Shown one piece after another: positions 1 to 9,142 of a DNA stretch of 64,000 nt. The stretch covers positions 59,899 through 123,898 of the forward strand of contig NHDW01000001.1 of assembly GCA_002170535.1 (NCBI GenBank), in the 5' to 3' direction. The position numbers were made by a program, and so were the translations under genes. Each line of letters starts with the position of its first letter. Within the stretch, counting starts at the first letter, position 1. Source of the DNA: Methylococcaceae bacterium TMED69. Its GTDB lineage: Bacteria > Pseudomonadota > Gammaproteobacteria > Ga0077536. The notes beneath the pieces were generated by a model. It did not search any database. It was not told the DNA's origin and saw nothing but the letters and a program-made list of their open reading frames with translations.

Positions 1-435
1 GTCAATTGATGAAAGTCGATTTTCAAAACAGTAAAGTTTTTGAAGGGCAGATAAGTTAAAAGTAAGCTTTGAAGTTGATGAATTATTTTTTAATCCTATA
101 ACGCTTATGGACAGCTCTTCAAGCCAGCCAAAGTCATCGATCGGTAAAAGTTCAAAGTCCCATACTAAAGAGATGATAGCAGTTCCTCTTATCTCAAACT
201 TAATCGTTTCTCCATCGAAGACTTGAAGTTCGCTATCCTCGAGTCGCTCGATTATTTGTTCTGGGTCAAGATTGATATTTCGAGCCCAATATAGTATTTG
301 CTGATAATCTTGGACTCGAAGTTCATAACCACATAAATTAAAAGTGGGATTATCTTGTAGACTCAACTTTACCGCCTTTCTATATATATTTGAGTAGTTT
401 AAAACATATCTGGAACAATTGTAAGAATGTCCCAT
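1..435 (-). CDS. hypothetical protein, partial. The minus-strand ORF is open from an ATG at 433-435 to the left window edge, so its 3' end lies outside the window.
   Basis: Hand translation of the minus strand over 1..435 shows no stop codon in frame (about 145 codons), which is unlikely by chance in AT-rich DNA. It is co-directional with the upstream gene, 44 nt away. It is not in the ORF track because it is incomplete. Confidence 0.45.
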   Translation of the reverse strand, partial: MGHSYNCSRYVLNYSNIYRKAVKLSLQDNPTFNLCGYELRVQDYQQILYWARNINLDPEQIIERLEDSELQVFDGETIKFEIRGTAIISLVWDFELLPIDDFGWLEELSISVIGLKNNSSTSKLTFNLSALQKLYCFENRLSSID

Positions 436-478
436 ATTTAGTCATTTGAATGGCGAGGAGAATATGGCTTAAGAGCTT

Positions 479-1132
479 TTATTTCTCCGGACTTAACTTT
501 TGTGAGAGGTCTTTGTTGATTATCTGGGTAAAAATTAAATGCAGGCAAGGATTTGCTAACAAAAGTTTCTTTAAGCTCGCTTGGTCCCATGAAATCACAT
601 TTGTCTCTTCTGTAGCTGATACATCAGCCGAAGCTTGAGAACCTGACATAAAAGACATCTCACCAATGAATGATCCAGCATGCAACGTTGCCAAAATTTT
701 ACCTTTTTGTTTAATTTTAACTGAACCTGATATGATTAGTTTTAATTCAGGTGCATCTTGATCAATTGTGATTATTTGAGCCGATTTTGGAAAAGTTTGA
801 TGGTTGCCTAGATTGATAAGTTTTTTAAATTCACTCAAGGATAATTGTTTAAAAAAAACATTGCGTAATTCCATTTCCGCATCTGAACACTCTAACATTC
901 GCAATTCAAATAAAGTGCTAATTGTTTGGTATAAGTTGATAATAACAAAAACTGAAAGCCAGAAAATTACAAGCCACAAAGGCTCAGATGCGGCAAAAAA
1001 ATTATAAATTATTCCCAGCATGCTGGACAAAATAGCGATAACCCTGAGAAGGATTATATCTTTCATTAGGAAGGAAAATGCTGCTGCAGCAAAGGACAAG
1101 TGCCCTATTACTATTACTTCCATATTGTCCAA
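479..1132 (-). CDS. membrane protein with a C-terminal cyclic-nucleotide-binding (CAP/CRP-like cNMP) domain
   Basis: The N-terminal roughly 90 aa are hydrophobic (2-3 predicted TM helices). The C-terminal region has a cNMP-binding beta-roll signature, GSFIGEMSFMSG, with surrounding beta-strand pattern. Confidence 0.5.
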   Translation of the reverse strand: MDNMEVIVIGHLSFAAAAFSFLMKDIILLRVIAILSSMLGIIYNFFAASEPLWLVIFWLSVFVIINLYQTISTLFELRMLECSDAEMELRNVFFKQLSLSEFKKLINLGNHQTFPKSAQIITIDQDAPELKLIISGSVKIKQKGKILATLHAGSFIGEMSFMSGSQASADVSATEETNVISWDQASLKKLLLANPCLHLIFTQIINKDLSQKLSPEK

Positions 1133-1151
1133 GCTTTGCTCCTTCGCTTCA

Positions 1152-1601
1152 CTAAATTTGAATATTTGATCTCAATTTCAGTAGCTTATTTTCAATGGCG
1201 GAATATAATTTGTCTGGCGATTTTTTCTCACAAGAATAAAGTGAAACACCTTTGGCCTCAATAGATAGATTAAGATTGATCCGATTGATTTTTATCAGGG
1301 TATAATTGTTTTGTGAAAAAAATAAATTTGTTGCACTTGCTTCTGTTAAAACTCCCCATAAAGACAGGTCCTTAACCCTTGTCGATTTATCAAATGTTTT
1401 TGAATGCCAAGGTTCTTCGAAGATTGCATGAGCCTGTTGGCTCGTAAGTTTTTTTTTGACCATGAACCATTTTTCAATATTATCGAATTCTACATGAGTA
1501 CATCTTAAACTATACAAATCAAATAGTTTTTTTTCAAAGAAACTGTAGCATCCAAGTATAATAATTGTTGCGATAAAAGTGACTGCAAATATTCGAACCA
1601 T
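1152..1601 (-). CDS. hypothetical protein with an N-terminal membrane anchor
   Basis: 149-aa ORF with an N-terminal hydrophobic helix. It is tightly spaced with its neighbours on the same strand. No recognisable motif. Confidence 0.4.
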   Translation of the reverse strand: MVRIFAVTFIATIIILGCYSFFEKKLFDLYSLRCTHVEFDNIEKWFMVKKKLTSQQAHAIFEEPWHSKTFDKSTRVKDLSLWGVLTEASATNLFFSQNNYTLIKINRINLNLSIEAKGVSLYSCEKKSPDKLYSAIENKLLKLRSNIQI

Positions 1602-1602
1602 G

Positions 1603-2532
1603 TTAACTCTCTTTATTTATCTTATCGATAAAATTCATTATTTTTTTCGAGTCTTCTGTTTTTCCTAGTGTTCGATAGTACCCCATGGTCATTTCATGAA
1701 AATTTATGGTGCTTGCAATTTGATCATAATTTAGTAATGTTTTTAGGTAAGTTTGAAGATTGTTAAAAGATTTAAGTAAAATAGTTTTTTTTAAAAATAG
1801 CTCTGAATAGACTAAATCAAACCTAACTAATGTCACAAAAAATTTCCAATCCGGGACGGTTGGATTATTGCCTAACAAGTATTTCTTCCCTTCTAAGATC
1901 GAATCTAATTTGACTAGCGCTCGATGAAAATTTCTCTCTGCAATTTTTTTTTCTGAGTTGTTTTGAGAGAGCAAGCATTTATAAATTCCGTCGTTAATTC
2001 TTTTTGAAATAAAATCATCTAATTTTTTTTCCTCAGATTGATAATTTTTGGAGTAAAAAAAATATCTTTTTTCATTGGCTTGATTAAATTCAGTCTCGAA
2101 CATATATAGAATGTCTGATGAATTGTTATTGACGATTGTTTTGTTTTGTATGTCCCAAAGGACAGGTATTGTGACTCTTCCTGTGTATTTGTTATCACTG
2201 TGGGTATATAGTTCAAAAAGGTGATGCGCTTTAATTTCTGGGTCTGGCGCTTTTTCTGTAAATCGCCAAGATTTAGGCCCCATAGTAGAATCCAAATAAA
2301 CTATTCCAATTGTTGACTGAAGGTTTTTAAGCAGTCGAGCGATTATTACTAAATGCGACCAGGGACATGTATGATTTACGTAGAGGAGGTATCTTCCGTC
2401 TTCTGGTTTAAAATCCAGATTTTTTTTACTTATAAAGTTTTTAAAACCTCCAGAGAATCGAATATTTTGACCACTCCTCTTCAATTCGATCGGTTCGTTA
2501 TCTGTCCATTTTCCTTCTAAAAGCAGGCCCAT
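1603..2532 (-). CDS. yqjG: glutathionyl-hydroquinone reductase (Xi-class GST, YqjG/ECM4 family)
   Basis: Shows the characteristic YqjG N-terminus, including the active-site CPWSHL motif (family consensus CPW[AS]HR). Length 309 aa. Has the GST_N/GST_C layout. Confidence 0.8.
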   Translation of the reverse strand: MGLLLEGKWTDNEPIELKRSGQNIRFSGGFKNFISKKNLDFKPEDGRYLLYVNHTCPWSHLVIIARLLKNLQSTIGIVYLDSTMGPKSWRFTEKAPDPEIKAHHLFELYTHSDNKYTGRVTIPVLWDIQNKTIVNNNSSDILYMFETEFNQANEKRYFFYSKNYQSEEKKLDDFISKRINDGIYKCLLSQNNSEKKIAERNFHRALVKLDSILEGKKYLLGNNPTVPDWKFFVTLVRFDLVYSELFLKKTILLKSFNNLQTYLKTLLNYDQIASTINFHEMTMGYYRTLGKTEDSKKIMNFIDKINKES

Positions 2533-2540
2533 TAGCGATC

Positions 2541-2969
2541 TTAGCCTTCCTTGGTTCTGTTCTTTAAAGTAAGCACTGTTTTAAACACTTCATTATTATT
2601 CTCATCAAAAAAGTAAATCGGTATTTCATGGTTGTGTTGAAGTTTATGTTTTGGTTCAAAAAGCATTAAATGAATTCCACTTGGTTCTAATTTGATCTCA
2701 TGATTGGCTGGTATTTTAAGTTTCTCAAGTTTTTGCATTGATGTTCTACCGTTCTTAGTAACGGATTGATGTAGCTCCACTTTTCTAAAATCGTTACTCT
2801 TCACCCTGTATATTTCAAAATCTTTGTCACTTTTATTATGAATGGTCAAGTATCCTACTGATGGTAAGTCAATATCTGGTAAAAATTTTATTACATTTGC
2901 GTGTAATGAAAAGCTACTTACACATAAAATTGCGGCTAATGTCATTGCTAATGATTTTATCATGTTCAT
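2541..2969 (-). CDS. periplasmic copper chaperone PCu(A)C (DUF461 family)
   Basis: Has a signal peptide. The exact PCu(A)C Cu(I)-binding motif H-x10-M-x21-H-x-M is present (ELHQ...TSMQ...GIHLM). Confidence 0.7.
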   Translation of the reverse strand: MNMIKSLAMTLAAILCVSSFSLHANVIKFLPDIDLPSVGYLTIHNKSDKDFEIYRVKSNDFRKVELHQSVTKNGRTSMQKLEKLKIPANHEIKLEPSGIHLMLFEPKHKLQHNHEIPIYFFDENNNEVFKTVLTLKNRTKEG

Positions 2970-3050
2970 TTATTTTGGAGTCTCTCTATTCATGCTATAT
3001 TTGACACGTTATTTTGATTTTTTAAAAAACACGCTTTTTCAGGAGTATAT

Positions 3051-4109
3051 ATGTCAAACCTAGATCAAGCAAAGCTTGAAGCGTTACAGAGGCAACTAGT
3101 TGGTAATATTGGTGGAGCTGTGGGGTTGCTAATGGCCTACATAGGAGATCAGGCTGGAGTTTATAAAGTACTTGAAGAAACTGGACCATGTACTAGTTCT
3201 GAATTAGCGCGAAAATCTAAAATTGATACGAGGTATTTAAGCGAGTGGCTCTGCTCGAATGCGGCCTTGGGCTATATCGATTATGATGAAAAAACAAACA
3301 GGTTTTTTTTAACACCAGAGCAAGCTGCGATTTTTTGTAAGGAAGGTGAGCAAACATGTATGCAAGGTTTTTTCCAGGCTATAGTGAGTCAGTTTGAGAC
3401 GTGTGATAAAGCAGTAGAAACTTTCATTTCTGGAAAAGGTAGAGAGTGGGGTGAGCATTCATCATGTCTTTTTTGTGGTACGGACAGGTTTTTCAGACCT
3501 GGATATGAGGCTAATCTTTTATCAAACTGGATACCATCCCTTGATGGAATTGATAAGAGGCTTAAAATTGGAGGTAAAATAGCGGATATAGGGTGTGGTC
3601 ATGGCTCCTCCACACGTCTGCTCGCGCAGAATTATCCTAATACTGAGGTTTTCGGGTACGATTTTCATGGTCCCTCAATCGAATTGGCCTCGCAGTTAGC
3701 GAAAGATGAGGGGCTAGATAATGTTGTTTTTTTAAAGTCTGATGCAAAAAATATTTCGCAAACTGGATTTGATTTAGCTTGTATATTTGACGCATTACAC
3801 GATATGGGTGATCCTGTAGGAGTTTCTAAGAGAATACATAACATACTTGTTGATGATGGAATATTTATGGTAGTTGAACCGATTTCAGGCGATTCATTAT
3901 CTGAAAATTTAAATCTTTTATCGGGAATCTTTTATGGAATCTCAACAACTATTTGTGTGCCAACATCAAGAGCCCAAGAGGTCGGTTTGTGCTTAGGGGC
4001 CCAAGCAGGGCAAATGAAACTGACGGAAGTTCTTAAAGAAGGCAATTTCTCGAGTGTTAGAAGGGTGAGTGAAAATGCGACTAATATGGTATTAGAGGCA
4101 AAAAAATAA
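3051..4109 (+). CDS. class I SAM-dependent methyltransferase with an N-terminal winged-helix/dimerisation-like region
   Basis: SAM motif I IADIGCGHGSS, an acidic motif II (VFGYDF) and a DxxxD region. The fold is typical of O-methyltransferases. Confidence 0.7.
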   Translation: MSNLDQAKLEALQRQLVGNIGGAVGLLMAYIGDQAGVYKVLEETGPCTSSELARKSKIDTRYLSEWLCSNAALGYIDYDEKTNRFFLTPEQAAIFCKEGEQTCMQGFFQAIVSQFETCDKAVETFISGKGREWGEHSSCLFCGTDRFFRPGYEANLLSNWIPSLDGIDKRLKIGGKIADIGCGHGSSTRLLAQNYPNTEVFGYDFHGPSIELASQLAKDEGLDNVVFLKSDAKNISQTGFDLACIFDALHDMGDPVGVSKRIHNILVDDGIFMVVEPISGDSLSENLNLLSGIFYGISTTICVPTSRAQEVGLCLGAQAGQMKLTEVLKEGNFSSVRRVSENATNMVLEAKK

Positions 4110-4120
4110 AAGGAACAATC

Positions 4121-6169
4121 GTGAAAATGATGAATTGTATAAAAACTAATAAAACAATTATCGGGTTCGCGGTTTTATATTCCCTTTCTATTAGCCAAGT
4201 TAGGTCGGAAGAGGAGTTGGTAATTACAGCAACCCGAGCAAATTCTAAATTGAGTGAAATCCCGTTTAGTGTAAATACTATTGGAAAAGATCAAATTGAA
4301 AAAGGACAGTACCTTAATTTAGATGAATCCTTAAACCAAGTGCCTGGATTATATTTTTCTAATAGATACAATTATTCACGTGATCTCAGGATGTCTATTC
4401 GTGGTTTCGGAGCGAGGTCAAATTTCGGTATTAGAGGTATTCAAGTCTTTATAGATGGTATTCCTTCAACAACGCCTGATGGTCAGACCGTGTTAGATGA
4501 TCTAGACCTGTCGATTGTAAAACAAATCGAGATACTAAGAGGCACTTCTTCTGCCCTCTATGGTTCATCTTCTGGAGGTGTGGTAAACATTATTACCGAA
4601 AGCGGACTCGATATTAGCGGCGGTTCATTCAATTCAATGATTGGTGATAATTCATTTTTTAGAAATTCATTCAAGTTAGGAGAAAAAATTGACAACTTTG
4701 ATTTTGCGCTGAGCGGTGCTCATTTAAATTATGGGGGTTACCGCGAACATTCCAACGTGGAACAAACCAACCTTGGAATAAAAACTGGTTACGATTTTAA
4801 CGAGAACTATAGGGCAGAGTTTATATTAAGAGCAGTGGATTCGCCGTATGCCGAAGATGCTGGCGGTTTGAATTCAGCAGAACGCAGGACTAATAAAAAA
4901 GCTGCTAGGCAGCGAAATATAGATTTGAATGCTGGAGAAGCCGTAACAGATAAAAAAATGGGCGTATCACTAATCCGAACCAGTGAATTCCACCGCTTAG
5001 AGTTGAGGAATTATTTCAATTGGCGCGATTTTGACGCAAGGTTACCCATTACACCCTTCATTGGCGCAGGAATAGTAAAATTGGACAGGACGATCGTGGG
5101 TGGCGGTATAGAATATGAAAATAGCCATAATGTTTTTGGATATGAAAATCAATTCTTTATAGGCTTTGATTATGACTCAATGAAGGATGACCGACGGCGA
5201 TTCGATAATCTAAACGGTAGCACGGGCGACCTTCAGTTTGAACAAGATGAAAAGGCTAAAACACTAGGCCTTTTTTTACAAGAAAAATTCTTTATAAACG
5301 ACAAAACTAGCGTGTTAGCAGGATTAAGGTATGATCATGTAGACTTTGAAATACAAGACAAGTTTCTATCAAATGGTGACCAAACAGAAGAACTTGAGTT
5401 CAACGAGATGACGTACTCCATAGGGGTCTCTTACAACCCTAACATTTTTTTGAATTATTATTTTAATTATTCCACTGCTTTTGAAACCCCTACTTTCACG
5501 GAGTTTGCTAACCCGAGTAGTAATGGGACTTTGGGTGGTTTTGCAAACGTGTCAGCTCAAAAGTCGAACGGTTATGAGCTTGGTATGCGAGTCAACGCAG
5601 GAAAACTCTTTAAAACATCTTTTGTGTATTACCATTTAGATGTCGAAGATGAAGTCACCACGGTTTCAAATGTTGATGGTAGAGCTTTTTTTAATAATGC
5701 AGATACTAGACGTAGTGGAGTCGAGTTAGATTTCCTAGTTAGATTAGTTGAAAACTTGGATTTATCTGCTTCCTTTACTCATTCAAATCTTAATTTCACA
5801 AAATTTGTTAATACGCCTGAAGCTGTAGGAAATAGACTACCTGGCGTTCCTAAGCAACATGGGTATTTGGGTTTAAACTATGAAAATTCCAAAGGTGTTT
5901 TTGCTAACTGGAACATAAATTATGTAGGGAAAATTTATGCAAATAATGTTAACACGGTTAGCGATACATCTTATTTGGTTTCTAATCTAGTTTTTGGCCA
6001 TGATTATAAATTTGAGAAATATAGATTGCTTGGCAAAATCGGAATCAATAATCTTTTTGATAAGGACTATAACCAAGAGATAAGGATCCAAGACGCCACG
6101 AGCCGGTTTTTTGAAACCGCTCCAAAGCGAAACTTCTTTGGATCAGTTGAATTTCAAATTAGTTTCTAA
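4121..6169 (+). CDS. TonB-dependent outer-membrane receptor
   Basis: Signal peptide, an N-terminal plug domain (TonB-box-like ELVITATR), a 22-strand barrel-length body, and a C-terminal aromatic terminus ending ...FQISF. Confidence 0.85.
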   Translation: MKMMNCIKTNKTIIGFAVLYSLSISQVRSEEELVITATRANSKLSEIPFSVNTIGKDQIEKGQYLNLDESLNQVPGLYFSNRYNYSRDLRMSIRGFGARSNFGIRGIQVFIDGIPSTTPDGQTVLDDLDLSIVKQIEILRGTSSALYGSSSGGVVNIITESGLDISGGSFNSMIGDNSFFRNSFKLGEKIDNFDFALSGAHLNYGGYREHSNVEQTNLGIKTGYDFNENYRAEFILRAVDSPYAEDAGGLNSAERRTNKKAARQRNIDLNAGEAVTDKKMGVSLIRTSEFHRLELRNYFNWRDFDARLPITPFIGAGIVKLDRTIVGGGIEYENSHNVFGYENQFFIGFDYDSMKDDRRRFDNLNGSTGDLQFEQDEKAKTLGLFLQEKFFINDKTSVLAGLRYDHVDFEIQDKFLSNGDQTEELEFNEMTYSIGVSYNPNIFLNYYFNYSTAFETPTFTEFANPSSNGTLGGFANVSAQKSNGYELGMRVNAGKLFKTSFVYYHLDVEDEVTTVSNVDGRAFFNNADTRRSGVELDFLVRLVENLDLSASFTHSNLNFTKFVNTPEAVGNRLPGVPKQHGYLGLNYENSKGVFANWNINYVGKIYANNVNTVSDTSYLVSNLVFGHDYKFEKYRLLGKIGINNLFDKDYNQEIRIQDATSRFFETAPKRNFFGSVEFQISF

Positions 6170-6176
6170 GCACTGT

Positions 6177-6437
6177 TTACTTAATTATAGGAACTTTTAT
6201 TTCTGACTCGAGTTTAATCACAGTACCGTCGTCTATTTTTTTAAAAATGTCACCAGAGTTCAAATCGATAACAGTTCCATTACCAAGATCTTTATATACA
6301 GTCCCGGTGGTTAAATTTATAATGTTACCAGCACTGTCTTTGTGTAAATTTGAATTGTCAAAAGGTAGTATCGATTGAGATACTACGATAGTATTTGTAA
6401 ATAAAAAAAACAAACAAAAACTAAATTTAAGTTTCAT
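6177..6437 (-). CDS. small secreted hypothetical protein
   Basis: 86 aa with a signal peptide, followed by short G-T-V-containing repeats. Convergent with the TonB-dependent receptor gene, with a 7-nt gap. Confidence 0.45.
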   Translation of the reverse strand: MKLKFSFCLFFLFTNTIVVSQSILPFDNSNLHKDSAGNIINLTTGTVYKDLGNGTVIDLNSGDIFKKIDDGTVIKLESEIKVPIIK

Positions 6438-6452
6438 AAAATCTCTCCAATT

Positions 6453-6926
6453 TTAAAAAAAGTTGCGTCTCTTGCCTGAGTCAAGTGTCATTTTTATGTT
6501 TACTAAATCGACACAAGTACCGATGAAGTTTTCTTCCGTTTTATCGCTGTTGAAGCTAGTGCTGTCAATCTCTAATGATAATTTTGCCACGTCAAATTTC
6601 GATAGAGTCTCTTTAATCATGGTAACCAAGGTTGCTCTTTCGTTTTGACCGATTTCTAGGTAAATTACTAGGTCATGATGCGCAACTGGATCGAAGAAAG
6701 CACAATTACCATTGATTATGCCAAGGGTTCCGTCTTCGTATAATGCCACTCTTAACTCAAAGTCCTTAGGAAGTTTTAACTTGCGATTATTGATGGCGTA
6801 GTCGTTATTGACCGTTCCGTATAATCTGACATCATAATTGTAAAGTTCGAATGTTTCCGTAACGCTTTCTATTGCTAGATTTAAGTATTTTTCATCTTTC
6901 AGATAGTTAATCAATTCAGAAGCCAT
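6453..6926 (-). CDS. hypothetical protein
   Basis: 157-aa ORF. It is co-directional with, and 15 nt upstream of, the small secreted ORF. No recognisable motif. Confidence 0.5.
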   Translation of the reverse strand: MASELINYLKDEKYLNLAIESVTETFELYNYDVRLYGTVNNDYAINNRKLKLPKDFELRVALYEDGTLGIINGNCAFFDPVAHHDLVIYLEIGQNERATLVTMIKETLSKFDVAKLSLEIDSTSFNSDKTEENFIGTCVDLVNIKMTLDSGKRRNFF

Positions 6927-7041
6927 TAGGTTTTATTCTCTCGTTGATTAATAAAGCATATTTTTTGTTGTAAGTTTATAAAAACTATTATAAATAATAC
7001 TATCAGAATTGAGATCTGAATGCTTTAGAGAAATTGATAGT

Positions 7042-7063
7042 GGTGGCTGTCGCGACAGCCACC
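7042..7063. promoter_or_regulatory. perfect 22-bp palindrome ggtggctgtcgcgacagccacc in an AT-rich intergenic region. Candidate operator, or a GC-rich hairpin.
   Basis: Read directly from the sequence. The 11-bp arms are exact reverse complements and the flanks extend the match to about 26 bp with one G:T mismatch. It sits about 135 bp upstream of the start of the 6453..6926 gene and about 210 bp downstream of the 7273..7896 gene. Confidence 0.4.
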
Positions 7064-7272
7064 ATTCTAAACTGTAGCTTTTCCGTTTGACAGTGCGGAA
7101 GGTTCGCCCAAACAGTCTAGATGTAAATAATTGAGCATATTTCGTGCCATCTTATGTTTGCTTTGTATTTATATAAATCTTTGATTTATATAATCAGGAA
7201 ATAATATATCTCTGCCGTTATCTACTTTATGGACAACATTTGCCTATCCTAGGGCAAATAGTTGCCGATTAG

Positions 7273-7896
7273 TTATTTACGGCAGAATGGCCAAAATTTA
7301 TGGAAGCCGTAACATTCATACAGTTTTCGACATTTTGTTAATTGTGTTTCATATTGAAAGGCTGTCCGCGCCACTTTCTTTGCGATTTTTCTCAGCTTTG
7401 GCTTCTTGTTATAACTGCCTCTTGAAAAACCTCCGCGACCTTCGTGATAGGCTAAGTAAAGATTCTCGGGGTCGCTAAGCCTAATTCCGAGTTGATTATG
7501 ACTTTTTTGGTTATACCAACCGATGAAATCCAAAGCGTCACTCATATCTGAACGACTTTTTAATAATTTTCCTCTTTCGGCCTTGTACTCTTTCCATACG
7601 GGATCTAATGCTTGCGCATAACCTTTCGCGCTCGTTGGACGCCCAAGGGGTATAAACGCAACCCACCTAATAGGTGGCTTTGCATTTTTGCGATAGCTTG
7701 ATTCCTGCCTAACAAAAGACATCAATGTGCTTATGGGGGTCCCCCATTTCTTTTCGGATTTTTTCGCGTCGTTAAACCAACCAGGTTCTTGGGCAAATAT
7801 TTTACAAATATTACCTTGATTAGTGGGCGGTGTTGAAGCACAGGATGTTATTAGACTAAGTGTTGCCATGAAAGAGAAAAGCTTTAACTTTGTCAT
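7273..7896 (-). CDS. lipoprotein of unknown function (lipobox LITSC)
   Basis: Signal peptide plus a lipobox cysteine. Overlaps the upstream AlkB-like gene by 4 nt, which indicates an operon. A weak E-S...Y-A-Q-A-L...A-Y-H-E-G pattern is reminiscent of lytic transglycosylases but does not convince. Confidence 0.55.
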   Translation of the reverse strand: MTKLKLFSFMATLSLITSCASTPPTNQGNICKIFAQEPGWFNDAKKSEKKWGTPISTLMSFVRQESSYRKNAKPPIRWVAFIPLGRPTSAKGYAQALDPVWKEYKAERGKLLKSRSDMSDALDFIGWYNQKSHNQLGIRLSDPENLYLAYHEGRGGFSRGSYNKKPKLRKIAKKVARTAFQYETQLTKCRKLYECYGFHKFWPFCRK

Positions 7897-8507
7897 TGGT
7901 CTTCTTTTTCGATAATTTTACGAAAAGTAATACTCATTCTATGGTCTTTGACAGACGGCATTTTAGGTAAACAATGATTCCAGTTTACCTGAAAAGGGTG
8001 TTTCATTAGAAGTAGACTCCCGTGTTTTAGTGTAAAACATGTTATTTTTTTTGATGGAAGATGCTTGACCTTAAAAATCCGGCTCACACCTAGACTTAGC
8101 ATAGCAACATTGATTTCATTACCAAGTTGTTTTTCATTATCTGAATGCCAACCTACGGCGTTTGTTCCATCACGATAGTAATTTAAAAGTAAATGGTTAA
8201 ATTCTATATTTAGGTGGGAGGATACTCTTGTCAACAAATTACTAAAAGTATAAGTTAGTGGATTATTATCGTGTTTGATTCTTGAGTATGCATAACTATC
8301 CAGGCAATCACTGTATGCCGCAACTAGCCTAGGTAGTGGAATTTTTTTTCCGAATATCGATATATTTTTTTGTTCCCAGCTCTCTAAACTAAGGCAGTAA
8401 CTAAATAACTTATCAGCCTCAGAATCAAGGAAATCTGATTCAAGTCGCAACATTGTCAATAGACTAGGAACCGATCTTTTTCTGGACAGTGTAATATTGT
8501 ATGGCAT
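7893..8507 (-). CDS. alkB: alpha-ketoglutarate/Fe(II)-dependent dioxygenase, AlkB family
   Basis: An H-x-D motif (GWHSDNE), the distal His (HCLP) and a C-terminal R-x-S-I-T-F-R motif that matches AlkB R-x-N-L-T-F-R. Length 204 aa. Confidence 0.7.
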   Translation of the reverse strand: MPYNITLSRKRSVPSLLTMLRLESDFLDSEADKLFSYCLSLESWEQKNISIFGKKIPLPRLVAAYSDCLDSYAYSRIKHDNNPLTYTFSNLLTRVSSHLNIEFNHLLLNYYRDGTNAVGWHSDNEKQLGNEINVAMLSLGVSRIFKVKHLPSKKITCFTLKHGSLLLMKHPFQVNWNHCLPKMPSVKDHRMSITFRKIIEKEDQ

Positions 8508-8545
8508 TATGCTTGTATCCTAGCATATAAAAAGGCAATAATTGA

Positions 8546-9142
8546 TTGGTGAGTAAATATTATAAATCATACAAAGAATTGAAACGAGATAATCGCTATG
8601 GGATCGATTATCAAATTGATGCTCGTATTCTTTTTCCTAAAGGGTTTCTAATTGTGGCCCCTCACGGAGGAACCATCGAACCTGGCACATCAGAAATTAC
8701 AAAAAAAATCGCTGCTAATAAATTTAATTATTACTCTTTTGAAAGCTTAAGGGCTTATGGTCCTGATTATATTTCACTACATATAACAAGCCATCTTTTT
8801 GACGAGCCAGAATGCATTCGTTGGTCAAAGCAGCACAAATGGGTTGTCACACTCCATGGTTGCAATGATCAATCCCAAAAAGTTTATCTTGGCGGCTTAA
8901 ATCAGGAATTAAAAATTTCTGTAAAAAATTCACTTAGAGAAGGACGTTTTTCTATCGCCGATGATGGGCATAAATATGGCGGCGTTCATCGACGAAATAT
9001 ATGCAATATTGGTAAAAACAGATCTGGTTTACAAATCGAGTTGGCAATACCTTTAAGACAACCAAAAGTATTTGATTTAATTTCTTTCTATATCGGAAAG
9101 GGACTTGACACATTTTTGAAAAAATATGGCAAAACTAATTGA
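8546..9142 (+). CDS. poly-gamma-glutamate hydrolase family protein (PghP/YjqB-like, UPF0714)
   Basis: Shows the N-terminal APHGGTIEPGT motif and His-containing motifs typical of this zinc-hydrolase family. Length 198 aa. Confidence 0.5.
   Translation: MVSKYYKSYKELKRDNRYGIDYQIDARILFPKGFLIVAPHGGTIEPGTSEITKKIAANKFNYYSFESLRAYGPDYISLHITSHLFDEPECIRWSKQHKWVVTLHGCNDQSQKVYLGGLNQELKISVKNSLREGRFSIADDGHKYGGVHRRNICNIGKNRSGLQIELAIPLRQPKVFDLISFYIGKGLDTFLKKYGKTN

Noticed and set aside
450-1007. Small plus-strand ORFs 450..638 and 804..1007, and similar ones at 2019..2216 (-), 2842..3063 (+), 6463..6648 (+), 7287..7478 (+), 10921..11139 (+), 18737..18919 (+), 20134..20367 (+), 21421..21645 (+), 21894..22082 (+), 23163..23351 (+), 23939..24202 (+), 25296..25767 (+), 26807..27052 (+), 30180..30737 (+), 32442..32633 (+), 53122..53304 (-), 55595..55780 (-), 56686..56976 (-), 57439..57964 (+), 58819..59019 (+), 60181..60424 (+), 60596..60845 (-), 62032..62253 (-), 62395..62586 (+), 46084..46278 (-), 47004..47276 (+), 43734-overlapping 44189..44386 (-).
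   Set aside because: Each overlaps a better-supported CDS on the opposite strand or in another frame. Their composition is low-complexity, with no motifs or translation signals.
7273-7896. Calling the 207-aa lipoprotein a lytic transglycosylase.
   Set aside because: Only a vague E-S...A-Y-H-E-G resemblance. It does not align convincingly by eye with MltE/EmtA, so it is left as a lipoprotein of unknown function.
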